A stretch of 63,721 nt of DNA, the filler included, from Octopus bimaculoides (lineage: Eukaryota): NCBI RefSeq assembly GCF_001194135.2. It is 9 parts of 9 records of this genome, joined end to end, with 100 filler letters (N's around TTAATTAATTAA, not from the genome) between each part and the next. Parts side by side here need not be neighbours in the genome. Positions count along the whole stretch, not along the records: positions 38,007 to 49,405 come from NC_068986.1; positions 49,506 to 54,197 come from NC_068988.1; 7 more parts are not named here. The stretch is one strand, 5' to 3'. How positions within the stretch are numbered: the first letter of the stretch is position 1; every line of letters begins with the position of its first letter. The position numbers and the translations under genes are program-made. This document shows, piece after piece, positions 39,444 through 51,702 of this stretch. Under the pieces are notes generated by a model. The model was not told where the DNA came from, made no database searches, and saw only the letters and a program-made list of their open reading frames with translations.

Positions 39444-39675
39444 CATATATACATACATACATGCATGCATACACATACCTGTGTGTGTGTGTTTGCATGT
39501 TTATACGAAGATAATCGCCACGAACCACTCTGTTATCTCGTAGAAGATCAAGGGACTCTTAAACTTTCACAGATGACTAGTATTGTTGTAACTGATAGCG
39601 GCGGCGGCGGCGGCGGTGGTGGTGGTGGTGGTGGTATCGGTGGTGGCGGCAGTAATAGCAGCAGCAGCAGCAGTA

Positions 39676-39738
<63 letters not shown>

Positions 39739-39942
39739 CCAGCAGCATTCTGTTGCTTTTCTTATTATTGTGTGTAATTTTATCGGTCCTGGAAAAACTA
39801 CAAAACTACGACTGCAAAAACAACTACTACTACTAATAATAATAATAATAATAATAATATTAATAATAATAATAATAATAGTAATACTTTCTACTATAGG
39901 CACAAGGCCTATAGTTTTATTGTTGTTGTTATTCTTCCGGCT

Positions 39943-40495
39943 TTAACATCCTGAGTTCAAATTCTGCCGAGGTCAACTTTGCCTCCCATTTTTTTCAGGG
40001 TCGATAAAATAAGTACCAGTTGAGTACTGGGTCCGATGTAATTGACTTTCGCGCTCCCCCAAATTTGCGGCCTCGTGCCTATAGTTGAAAGGATTGTTAT
40101 ATTATTAGGGCGACGAACTGGCCCTGGTCGTTAGCGCGACGAGCAAAATGCTTATCGGCATCTTCCCCGTCTTTTCGTTCTGAGTTCAAATTCCACCGAG
40201 GTCGACTTTGCCTTTCATCCTTTCGGAGGTCGATAAAATATGTACCAGTTGAACACTGGTTGGGGTCGATGTAATCGAGTTGTTGTTGTTGTTGTTGTTA
40301 TTAAAGCGGCGAACTGGCAGAATCATTAGCACGTTGGACAAAGTGCTTCGCGACTTCGGCTTTATGTTCTGTGTTCAAATTCTGCTCAGATGGACTTTGC
40401 CTTCCATTCTTTCGAGTTCAACAGAGTAAGAACCAGTTGAGCACTGGGGACGATGTAATCGACTAGCCCCATCCCCCAAAATTTTTCCGATCTTT
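39943..40495 (+). mobile_element. Three head-to-tail SINE family B copies
   Basis: GTTCAAATTC..GAGGTC.ACTTTGCC..TCGATAAAAT..GTACCAGTTGA occurs at about 39950, 40180 and 40375, separated by (ATT/GTT)n tracts. Confidence 0.9.
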
Positions 40496-40534
40496 TTGAT
40501 AAAATTATTATTATTATGATTATTATTATTATTA

Positions 40535-40572
<38 letters not shown>

Positions 40573-41123
40573 GAGTGAGAGAGCAGTGCATGCCATCAAA
40601 GTGACACTGGGGTAAAATATACGAAGCCCAGTATACCCATCATGACTACCCGTCTGATAAGGGTACACTAGGCACATGCATCACAACCATATGTGCGAGA
40701 CATGGTGATCTCATATCAAGACAAACAGCGCATGACCTCGCAGGTGGGACTCAGAATTTTCTTTAGCTCGAGTAACTTCATCCCGTTCAAAAGGTTCCTG
40801 AATAAGGTTTGTTTAAGGATGTTGATCAAAACACCCATGTTTCCATAAGTGAATTATTCAAACCCTAAAGAATTCCTCTCAACACATGGCTATGATGTTT
40901 CCCCACTACTTCTGTTCATGATCAGAGATGCACATATCGTCAGCCACCAAGGGACATGCTCAACTGGTTAAGGTCAAACAAATGACAAGCAAATCTGTGG
41001 TACTGAGCAGAATATTTGCTGTAGCCCATCTTTTATACCAAGACAAAACAATGTACATGATAACACTTCCAATCAATTAAGATCAGAAACCATAAGAGCC
41101 ACTGCCTGGTACTGCATCAGGGC

Positions 41124-41127
<4 letters not shown>
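40573..41127 (-). mobile_element. 555-bp non-coding element flanked by (AAT)n on both sides
   Basis: Sharp boundaries inside (ATT)n. A second, partial copy lies at 56784-56908. No ORF or tRNA head was seen. Confidence 0.7.
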
Positions 41128-41171
<44 letters not shown>

Positions 41172-41231
41172 NNNNNNNNNNNNNNNNNNNNNNNNNNNNN
41201 NNNNNNNNNNNNNNNNNNNNNNATTATTATT

Positions 41232-41606
41232 GCCTTTGCATAGCTTCTAATGCTGGAGGTGTACTACGGTGCCAGCTGTTCACTACCAGTGAACTAAGGT
41301 AACACCACTTATTTTTCGAGCACCTTCCGGAGTATTCGAGCGGTTTCCGCAAGTGCTCCACCCTTATTGCAGCCCCTATTTGTTCCATGTACTTCTCAAG
41401 ATTTTTACTCAGTTCTCAGGGCTCCGACAACCACTGGCACCACTACCACCTTTTTCATCGACCACAACTGCTTAACCTCCCAAGCTAACCTGTCATATCT
41501 CTCGATTTTTCTTTCTTCCTTATTGCATACCTTGTTGTCAGCTGGGCATGCTATATCTAAGATCCAGCATAGTTTGCTTTCTTTCTCAATTAAGACTATG
41601 ACTGGA

Positions 41607-41607
<1 letters not shown>
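41232..41607 (-). mobile_element. 5'-truncated R4/Dong-like non-LTR element in (AAT)n
   Basis: PVIVLIEKESKLCWILDIACPADNKVCNKEERKIERYDRLAWEVKQLWSMKKVVVVPVVVGAL..ARILRKVLEK*, then a short 3' UTR. (AAT)n on both sides. Confidence 0.85.
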
Positions 41608-41657
<50 letters not shown>

Positions 41658-41899
41658 GTTGTTGTTGTTGTTTTTTCTTCTTTCTTCAAATTTTCTTCCA
41701 TTTCTCACCGAGTGTTTTCCGTACACCTAGGGCAGAGAAACTCATTGTATGCATTCCCAGTTTACACACGCAAATTCACAGGTAAAATATGTATTTTTAA
41801 AAAAAATTAATAAATGAATAAATTCATGAATGGTAGTTCCGGGTTAATAAGCTTTAGTCTTGAGCAAATATTATTATTATTATTATCATTATTATTCCT

Positions 41900-43130
41900 A
41901 TGTAACACAGTGTAGGTAAAAATGCACCGGAGTCTTTAGTCATCTCCCAAGTCACAACAACGACCTCAGACAGATAATACTTTCCTTAAGATTTTTGGAT
42001 GACTGCTTCATATTTTGAAATAAAAGTAGGAAGAACCTTTCGAGATTCCTTAAATTAATAAATAACATTCATGAATTGATCCACTTCACTACGGAAATGA
42101 ATAAAAGGGAACTTCTTTTTCTGGACATTCCAATAATTATAGAAAACCAGTTAAAAGTGATCTCCACTGCAAGGATACAGACATACACCAATATTTAGGT
42201 TTTAGATCTTGCTACCGTTCCCATACAAAAAGAAACATACCATTCAATATGGCAAGGGGCTGTTGCAGGAACAAATAGACAAGAGAAATGACAAGAGAAT
42301 ATTCCTTAAAAAAAACTAATAACTAAAAGTCCCAACATCTGCCTTACAGAGAAACACTCGCACTAAGAGTATAAGCATTCCGTTTGTTGTTACCAATAAT
42401 TCTAGGAACTACATCCTACTTTCGGACAAGCGACATCTCGCAAGTCTGCATCAATCATCAAATTTCCGACAAATAATTAAAGAATCACAAATCATCAAAA
42501 GCCAAAGACAGCCACCAAATCTCAAGAGTCTCCTAACAAACGCGAGATTCAATTGGAGAAAGAAATAAAGCAGGTAACAAACTGTGGAGACCCTCAATGT
42601 GGGACAGGCGAAATAATTGAACAAGGAACAACCAAAAGATGAAAAGATGAAAAGGAACTGGAGGGGAATGCAAACATTAATTGCAAAACAAAAATCTCAT
42701 CTATTACATCAGATGACCAAAATGCAACGAGAATTGCATCGAAGAAACAGTAATAAAATTAACCAGGCACGTGAGTGTGCAGAAACTGCAAATTAAATTT
42801 TCATCTCTTAGAAATGTTCCGTATAGTCAACATCTAAATATTTGTGCAAATAGAAAGGTCGAAATACTTTCTTTTTTTTACAAAATAATGGACGAAAATG
42901 ACTGACAACGAAAGATAAAAGTAAAATTTTTTATAAGAATTCTAAATCCGAAACTAAACCGGAAATAGTCGACATCATTACTATAAACAACTTCCTCTGT
43001 ACAGAGTAACCCGGAACACGAGTGACTAAAAAGTCGGATGACGAAAGCACTGACACACGAAATGCACAAAATACGAAAACTTCTTTCCCCAAGGTTTCTG
43101 ACATTCTCTTCTTTAAAAAATGAATTGTTA
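41900..43130 (+). mobile_element. Highly degenerate Penelope-like element (RT thumb plus GIY-YIG)
   Basis: ELLFLDIPII..DLHCKDTDIHQYLGFRSCYRSHTKRNIPFNMARG; IIKSQRQPPNLKSLLT; CGDPQCG; LIYYIR*PKCNENCIEET. Boundaries are approximate. Confidence 0.8.
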
Positions 43131-43469
43131 ATAACTTTTAAGAAAACCTTTCTTTAAATATATATACACACAGATTCTACACACAAGCACACATAGACAC
43201 ATACATATAGTATACAGATATACACGCGCACAAATCAACGTCATTACAGGTATAAACACAGTAACACAAGTATGAGAGAAAGCCAAGATACATACAACAT
43301 ACACATGCACATATAAACTTCAACACATAGGCTTAAAAGTAAGTAAAACAAACTAAACAGTGGGTTCCAGTATAGATTATGAAAGAGCGTAACATTTCCT
43401 CCAGTCAACCACCATTCTTTCACTAAATGTGAATTTGCTCCTATTGTGATCCCTTGCCACGTGGCTTGT

Positions 43470-43618
43470 AGAAAATTCATCGCAATAAATTCATCTCAGG
43501 CAATTGCATCTCAACAAACATATCTCCTGCTAATATCATCGCAAGAGGATTACACCACGTGACAAATACATTGTCGATAAATTCATCGTTATACTATCCA
43601 ATAGATTCATCGGCATGT
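43470..43618. repeat. Degenerate minisatellite, about 15-bp unit (AAATTCATCGCAAT-like)
   Basis: The AAATTCATC motif recurs at roughly 15-bp spacing. Confidence 0.55.
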
Positions 43619-43869
43619 GGGTTTTCTTTTTTTCCTAGATTAAATACGTAAACATTAAAGATTTGTAGGTACGTGGTATTTCGTTATGCAGCCATAATAT
43701 ACTATAAAATATACTAAATGTTTTTAGAAGTCAATACCACGTTCTACTGCGTCAGCAGTGTTTCTTACACCATTTTCTAAAGGTTATTTCTACAGATAGT
43801 CTATAGAACTTATAGCCAGCGCTTATATCCAATAACTCAACACCGCTGTATGCGGTGGCTATATAAACA

Positions 43870-43952
<83 letters not shown>

Positions 43953-43982
43953 TATACATATATACATACATACGTACATACA

Positions 43983-44013
<31 letters not shown>

Positions 44014-44576
44014 TAGTATATGTATATAAACAAAAATAAGTGTGTGTGTATGTGTGTGTGTGTGTAATACAGCGAGAATTCGACAGAGCATCGCATTGTG
44101 TTCTTGAACAAAACACTTCTTTCCACTTTCTTCCAATCCTCTTATCTCTAGATAAATAAACCTGCGCCGGACTGCTGTCCCGTTCAGAGAGAATGTTGTG
44201 CTCTCGCTCACTTCTTATACGCCATGGAAACCGAGTTACCGGTCAGATAAGTCCAAGGACTCAAGAAAGTACTTAATATCGAGAATTCAACGCAAAAAAT
44301 ATCAATGATTTACGAAGTTTTGCTCATAAGTTGACATTTTAAGATTTTTCCTGAGGACTGGGATATTTAACGCTACATTTGATCTGACAATGAATTTGTG
44401 GACGATGTTTTGGTTTCGTGATGCTGTTACTTTGCTATAAAATTACGAAGAGATGAAATTACAGGCGATTAGATTTACAGTGATGCTGTAATTAATTAAT
44501 TAGTCGCAATAAATTTACTGCAATTAATTTTCTTGACATTTTGCTACGTCACAACACATACACATTGACACAGACA

Positions 44577-44611
<35 letters not shown>

Positions 44612-44682
44612 NNNNNNNNNNNNNNNNNNNNNNNNNNNNNNNNNNNNNNNNNNNNNNNNNNNNNNNNNNNNNNNNNNNNNNN

Positions 44683-44736
<54 letters not shown>

Positions 44737-45149
44737 AAGTACGTACAAGTATAACAAGTACACCTACCGCACAAGATCTTCCTTGAGGCCCGACAGCCAC
44801 CACCACCACCAACAACACCACTACCACCAACAACAACAACAACACATGCGCACACACATGCACACATACATATGCACACACAGACGCAAAGACACGCATA
44901 TGGTAGACAGCCCTTCAGACTGTAGGTAAACATCGCGAAGTAGATGAAAGTAACCGATAGAAGTAAGACAAAACAAACCACGTGTATTTATTAAAGGAAG
45001 AATAAGTATACACATCACCTCACAGTGAGTGTGGTGCCTCATTACACTACACTCTTCTCCCTCTTTGCTTCTCCATAGAAAACTAACGAGGAAGTTCCAC
45101 CAGCTGTGTTGCCCGGGTCGTATAAACTTTGAGCACCGAGTAACGTTGC

Positions 45150-47000
45150 AGATGTCAGATGCTTCGTCTTGACTCAGGACTGAAATTCCGTCAAACGAGT
45201 GAGATTAATGCCGCCTTTAGGCATGGCCACACCAGACAGTGATCCAGGGTCCTCGCAGGTCTTGCGGCCCAGTTCTAATCTGTGTACACTATGGCTTACT
45301 ATTAATAAATAAAAACTATTAGCGCTGGTGTATTGATTTGCCCAGGATTCTATAATGCTTCTCACACAACCCTGAATGGGAGGAAATGATCCCAAATGAT
45401 GAAAGATTAGTCATTAATGTTTGTAACTTGTGTCCCAGTTCCAATCCACCGGAAACCTGAGACCCCAAGCAACTCAACTTGCCTGATGGCCCAACACTTC
45501 ATGCTGCTGCCTGGTGGCATATCCTTACATCTACTGTTATCAAGCTATAAGTTCAGTGCCTTGTCCTGGTTAATCTTTGCTTTTATCATTATCCCGTATT
45601 CGTTTAAAAGGACTCCCGGGTTCTTTGATACAATTATAGAAGCCCTGTTCGCGTGTACTATCGCGGTTCCCTAGCATCCCACTGCACAAGAGAGGCCTCT
45701 TAAAACTTACAGTTTTTGCATCAATGGCTCGAGAGTCAGTACATCCAGAAAGAATTAGATAAAACATCTTTAACGCACCGAGACTAGTTCGAAATTCTCT
45801 TTGTAGATAGCCATATAATCTGAGCACCGAGCAGAAGCTACAAATGAAGTGATGTCACCTCTGAAAACCGAATGCTTTGAGAATAACTGTCACGTAAATA
45901 TAATAGTCAACCCTATCGAAAGTTCTCAGTTCATCCAAGATAATGAGCCCCACTGAAGCAAGATTTGTTATCCACCCTATTCTAAGACGTGTCCCTTCAG
46001 GATAGAACTGTATGATAACGGGAATTGGTTTATTTGGTATTGCACAAGTCTGACGATGACGATCACCATCGTCTTTGCCAACACCTTAACCAAACTCTTA
46101 AACTTTGTACCATTAGCCCAAGATCCAGGAATAAGGTAATACTCCCTTAAAAGACCGAGTTTTTTAATGAATCTAGCTTTGGTAAGTCTCTAATCAATTT
46201 GCATCAATTGAAAGCAGGGTCTACAATTATTATTTGGTAGCTATTCTCAAAGCAGCCAGTTTCGGTCCTGTTTTCGTAGACTGAATTATTTCAATTTATT
46301 GCAACGTTGCTCGGTGGCCAAATCAAATGGTCAGCTATAGATGTTGTTTCGAATTACAGTCTTGGTCCGTTGAGGGTGTTATAAACCAGAAATTATCAAT
46401 GACGTCACCCACTTGTTTGTTTCTTTCCTTATCAATGCTACCACTCCTTACTCTCAAAACTGAGAATTCTTCCCCTATGCTGCTAGTTTCAGTAAAAGAA
46501 TGACAAGTATTCTAAAGATGATAGAACAGACTATTCAGACCACGTGATTTGTTCCTCGCAAAACCACTTACCATATTTCAACTGATGGTATCGGATTTTC
46601 GCAACATATAGTGTCTTTTACATCGAAGTTAGCGCTGAGTCTGCTCCACCACTCGCTCCAAACAGTTAAGCGAAACGCTGCTTGATAGCTGCACACACCT
46701 GCTTGGAATCAAGAAGCATACGATGGTCTCGATTCTGTCAAATATTGTCACATTTCTGTTGCTCCAACTCATTCTTCGTGTTTAAAAAACACACTTTAGC
46801 ACCGACAACTCAACTTTCTTGTCTCACACTGAGGTAATGGACGAGAGTCAATCGCGAAGCTGTCACGTTGGCCTATTATGCCATTTCTAATCGATCGCCT
46901 CTTATTATCTACTCATCAGCTCCACTGTTTATCTATTTGCTTGCTAAATGCTGTTGATTCTGTTCTATCGCTCTCTTCAGATCATCCGCGTCAAATGCCA
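45150..47000 (-). mobile_element. Degenerate L1/Tx1-clade LINE (RT region)
   Basis: KSRGLNSLFY; GDVIDNFWFIT; QTCAIPNK; GLIILDELRTFDRVDYY..LKAFGF; VLTLEPLMQKL; KAKINQDK; VELLGV. Many stops and frameshifts. Confidence 0.8.
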
Positions 47001-47182
47001 CTTAACTCATTTGTTAATCTGGTCCCTGTCGGTTTTACTTGCCGAGGATGACGCATTCCACTTCCAGTAACCAGGTGTAGATCAGAAATTTGCGATTAAC
47101 ATTGCCGACCAGTAGAAAATATGAATATTTTACACTGACTCTATCCGCTTATCTGATAAATACTCTATGGAAATAAGATCTG

Positions 47183-47236
47183 GATTATCCGAGGCGACTA
47201 CCCTTATATCCAGGCTAGTGCACTCGGATAATCGAG
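47183..47236. repeat. 11-bp perfect inverted repeat resembling a pogo/Tigger MITE end
   Basis: GATTATCCGAG (47183-47193) pairs with CTCGGATAATC (47223-47233). Confidence 0.5.
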
Positions 47237-47466
47237 TTGGTACTTACTAAATAGTAGGAACTATCTGTGCAGGTTTATGATGCTTTACATTTCAATTGCT
47301 ATCAACTTATCCCGTAAATCTCATTGTGTGTCTAAAACGTCATTCCAGTCTCTCACTACTACTAATAGCAGGACGCTCACAATAATGCTTTTTGACTCCC
47401 GATCGGAGCAGGGACAGCCGCTACTTTCAAAGATTATTTAATTTTGTTATAAATTATATGTTGACC

Positions 47467-47544
47467 ACAACGGATTCAAACAAGTGTGCTAAATTGCAAA
47501 AATCTACAACGGATTCAAACAAGTATGCTAAATTGCAAAAGTCT
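47467..47544. repeat. 39-bp tandem duplication
   Basis: ACAACGGATTCAAACAAGT(G/A)TGCTAAATTGCAAAA(A/G)TCT twice, with 2 mismatches. Confidence 0.95.
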
Positions 47545-48060
47545 ATCCAAAGAGAGGAAACCAGGCAATAGAAAAAGATACGAAGATAGGATCTCGTACT
47601 TTAGAAATGCGAAGAACAAAAAATATTTTGAGCGAAGAAAAAAATTAACATCATGGAAGAAGTTGCTGATAATCCGAAGTTTTAATCTTTCTCTTCTTTT
47701 TATTAGTTTTAACTGGTCTTCCTCTTTTTTGTGTTCTTGATAAATGTTGAAATGAATAAATAATTTAAGATAAATAAATTTCAATCTTTGAGGTTTTGTT
47801 TTGTTTTAAGCCTTAAATATGTGAATATTATCTATATAAGCGTCTATATTTTGTATGTGTCATTTTATGTATATTTCTTTGTTTTGGTGTGTTCGGTAAA
47901 ACAATGAAGAGGAACTAAAAGAAAATAAAAGGAAAATTTATTAAAGTAAGGATTTAGAATGGAGTAATTTGGGCGAAACAGTTTGGAAAATTAAATCATA
48001 TAAAATTTAGGTATGTGTGTGTGTGTTTTTGAATTGAGTATAAGCATGTGTGTGTATGTT

Positions 48061-48132
<72 letters not shown>

Positions 48133-48329
48133 ACTTAGGCGATTCTTTCTTGTCTTGAGATTCACGGTCAAACGGCTGGGTGGAATTGCGAGAAAAATTA
48201 CACAGATGTATCATTGCGTATCATTTTGAATGTGTCTCGACAGCCACCGGCCAATCGATTATTATGAGGCAAAAAGTTATATATGAAGCTGAAACTTAAG
48301 CACCGGAGCGTGAATATCCACTCGCTCTC

Positions 48330-48960
48330 ATCACGAAGTTCACATATTTAGGCAGTAATTTCTAATAACATCGGAGGCACGGTGGTGGTTAGACTCATGA
48401 AGCATGCTGCAGTCATTGATGGCGGTGGGGGGGCTTGATGGTAACTGCTGAGACCTCAAGGCATAAAACCGTCGGCGAAATACAACGTGCAACGAGCAGT
48501 ATTGCTACACCGTCTATTGTACTCAACCAAGACCTTGATATTTCCGTCGAATTAACAGGAAGGTAATACATTGCCCGTTACGCCTTGCATCAATAATGGA
48601 TATATCTTGGTGAAACATCTCCATCCTGGTTGACACATAAATATACCTAATGTTGAGCATCTGTTCTACTAGAATCGTACTTGCATAAAATTATCTGCAT
48701 GTAGAATACCAGAATCTCTGCGGTTATATTCTTCAACAAACTGAAGCTTGGAATCCATCGAAGAGGATGACCGAGATTTCATTATAAGGACGTCAGCAAA
48801 CGACGAATCAATGAAGCTGGTAGTTTCAGAGTATGCTACTGCATAAGAGAAGATCGTAATCGACGCGAGCTATGGCGAAGAGCCGTAATGATAGTCGTAA
48901 AAGTTGCAGAGCGGCAATGGACAGAATCGTAAGCGAAAAAAGCTCGGACAAGGTGCATTA
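48330..48960 (+). mobile_element. Old RTE-like LINE 3' remnant
   Basis: KFTYLGS near 48338 and DRNRRELWRRAV near 48850; the intervening sequence is heavily decayed. Confidence 0.5.
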
Positions 48961-49660
48961 TAGCAGCACTGACAACAGTACTCTGTGACATGTATAGACA
49001 TGAAAGTATCAATGGTTTTGGTCGAGCTTCCGTGGAAAGAGCGAAGCATCATTGCTGAAGTTTCGTATAGGAAACAAACTTGCTTGCTACCAAATCTTAT
49101 TTGATTGCTAGTGACAGCTGACCGAGATATATTCATGCATATACACGCGCGCGCATAAACACACACACACACACACAACATACGGGAAGTCTGTGTATCA
49201 CAGACTCGGCGAACTTCTGAGAAATTGTCGTTATTACAGACATTAAACTAAGACATGTATTGAGCCCATTTATTATGATTTAATGATTTTAAGCACATAT
49301 AAGCGGGAGAGGGTTAAGGAGAAATACGCACACCCATGTTTATATGTGTGTGTATATATATATATATATATAGATATATATAGATATATATATATATACA
49401 TATACNNNNNNNNNNNNNNNNNNNNNNNNNNNNNNNNNNNNNNNNNNNNTTAATTAATTAANNNNNNNNNNNNNNNNNNNNNNNNNNNNNNNNNNNNNNN
49501 NNNNNAATGGTAGTGTTATTTAAAGAAGAATTTACGGGAATTGTGAAAACGGAAAGGAGAAAAGAGTGATTAAGAAAGAGGGTGGGGGACAGAAAGAGAA
49601 AAAAGGGATTAGTGTATATTATATAATATCTGTTGGCTACATGGATAAGTTTTTGATAAA

Positions 49661-49688
49661 GACGTTTCGGACTAAATCTTATCATCAG
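49661..49688 (-). ncRNA. Decayed PLE-type hammerhead motif
   Basis: CUGAUGA-UAAGAUUUAGUCC-GAAACGUC. The core is intact, but stems I and II are disrupted. Confidence 0.45.
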
Positions 49689-50199
49689 AATATTAATGTA
49701 AAGTGAGAGAGAGAAAAGAAAGACGACAAAAAGTGGAGCATAGAAATCCGAATGATAAAGCGAATATTTGTTGGTGAGAGTACTTGGATGTATGTAAGAA
49801 ACGAGAGAGAGGGAGGGAGAAAGAGAGGGGAAGAAAGAAAGACGTAGCTAGACAGTGTGAGTGGGTGGGGGGTTAGATGATAATGTTGGGTGAAACGGAG
49901 GTGGAGAGGATAAGGGTGAATGGGTAGATTAAGATAACAATCACTAACACCTTGAATGAAAATACCTTCCTGTACACCTGTATAACGTGCGGGAATCTAC
50001 AATTTTGTTTTTGTACGAACACACATACGCCCATACATTCCCACACATGCGAGCGGGTGGGTGTGTTTGTGCGTGCACTACTTATAAATAGATATGGATC
50101 TAAATTATATATGTAGTGGGTGTACGTAAGTGAAGCAGCGTTAAATTAAAATAGTTACCTATGCATCATATCAAGCGTATAAACTCCATTTGACATATG

Positions 50200-50520
50200 A
50201 AGGAGCGTAGCTTAGTGGTTAGGGTCTTCGGATAACGACAGTAAGGTCGTCAGTTCGACTCATGCCAGTGCATTGTGTCCTTAAGCAAGGCACTTTATTT
50301 CACGTTGTTCCAGTTCACTCAGCAGGCAAAAATGAGTGGTACCTGTAATTCAATAGGGGCCAGCCTTGTCACATTCTGTGTCACGCTGAATCTCCTCTGA
50401 GAACTACGCTAAAGGTTATGTGTATCCCGAAGTGTTCAGCTACTTTCACTTTAATTTCATAAGCAAGCTGTTCGGTTGATTGTATCAAGTGGGACACGCC
50501 TCGTCGTAACCGACGCTGAA
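50200..50520 (+). mobile_element. tRNA-derived SINE family C, full length
   Basis: A box TAGCTTAGTGG, B box AGTTCGACTC, CORE-like TGTGTCCTTAAGCAAGGCACTTTA, and tail CGTCGTAACCGACG. Confidence 0.9.
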
Positions 50521-50610
50521 CCAGGACATCGTTGGCGGACACGATGTTGTTGATTTTCGTCCTAACAGAAAATCTATTAACAGAGCTGTGTTAAAAATGT
50601 TAGCAACAAT

Positions 50611-51003
50611 GTTGTTGTTGTTGTTGGCACTCCGTCGCTTACGACGACGAGGGTTCCAGTTGATACGATCAACGGAACAGCCTGCTCGTGAAATTAACGT
50701 GCAAGTGGCTGAGCACTCCACAGACACGTGTACCCTTAAAGTAGTTCTCGGGGATATTCAGCGTGACACAGTGTGACAAGGTTGGCCCCTTTGAATTACA
50801 GGTACAACAGAAACAGGAAGTCAGAGTGAGAGAAAGTTGTGGTGAAAGAGTACAGCAGGGTTCGCCGCCATCCCCTGCCGGAGCCTCGTGGAGCTTTAGG
50901 TGTTTTCGCTCAATAAACACTCACAACGCCCAGTCTGGGAATCGAAACTGCGATCCTTAGACCGTGAGTCCGCTACCATAAGCGCTGGCTATTGCGCCTC
51001 CAC
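50611..51003 (-). mobile_element. Full-length SINE family C variant with 13-bp target-site duplication
   Basis: Head GTGGAGGCGCAATAGCC..GGTTTCGATTCCC and (AAC)n tail. TSD TGTTAGCAACAAT at 50598-50610 and 51004-51016. Confidence 0.95.
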
Positions 51004-51529
51004 TGTTAGCAACAATATATATCGGAGTAAGGCGAGACATCGTCCCTGCAGTGTTTCACGAAAACGCCACAGGCATTTTAGCTTGGTTGGTCCTTCCTAA
51101 AGACAGATACTTGCTAGCTACACGCATATGTAAGATACTTTGATGGTTTATTTTATATGTAACTCTGTTACAATTGCGTTCACCGAGGTTTTATTCCGCT
51201 CGGTGGCTTTTTGCAATTTCAGTGAATGTATTATTTACTACTTCCTATATATCGATGAACGAATTTTCTCTAGGCATGTAAATAGCGAGTACGTGCCATT
51301 GACGAAGCCCAGATTCCGAAATTCTTCTGGCGTTCTCATCAATCACTACGGGTGCAATTCTGCGAATAGCTCCGACATATATTGCGTTTTTAACGAAGCA
51401 TGACTTTGAAGAGATTTTTTTATCTTGGACGAAAATCTATTGCATCATACCTCTCAACGTTGTATATACGTAGCGTACGATGCAATGATGAAAATATCTA
51501 CATGTACACATATGTATAAGATTATATTT

Positions 51530-51658
51530 TAACGACGCCGAAAGGATGAAAGGCAAAGTTAACCTCGGCGATATGTGAACTCAGACCGTAAAAAGCGAAG
51601 AGAATTTCTGTTAGGCATTTTGTCCGGCGTTCAAACGACTCTACAAAGCCACTGCCTT
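51530..51658 (-). mobile_element. SINE family B, 5' part
   Basis: CGAAAGGATGAAAGGCAAAGTTAACCTCGGCG..TGAACTCAG. Confidence 0.8.
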
Positions 51659-51668
51659 AATTAGTCAC

Positions 51669-51700
<32 letters not shown>

Positions 51701-51702
<2 letters not shown>

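Noticed and set aside
43030-43085. CGGATGA...GAAAT at the end of the decayed PLE
   Set aside because: The position fits a hammerhead relic, but the core is mutated and no stems can be drawn.
47400-47700. Stop-riddled frame (DSNKYAKLQKSIQREE..) suggesting a transposase C-terminus
   Set aside because: No diagnostic motif recognised.
51200-51420. Minus-strand NGT motif resembling Helitron/Pif1 helicase CNGTR
   Set aside because: Requires several frameshifts, and the neighbouring motifs do not match convincingly.
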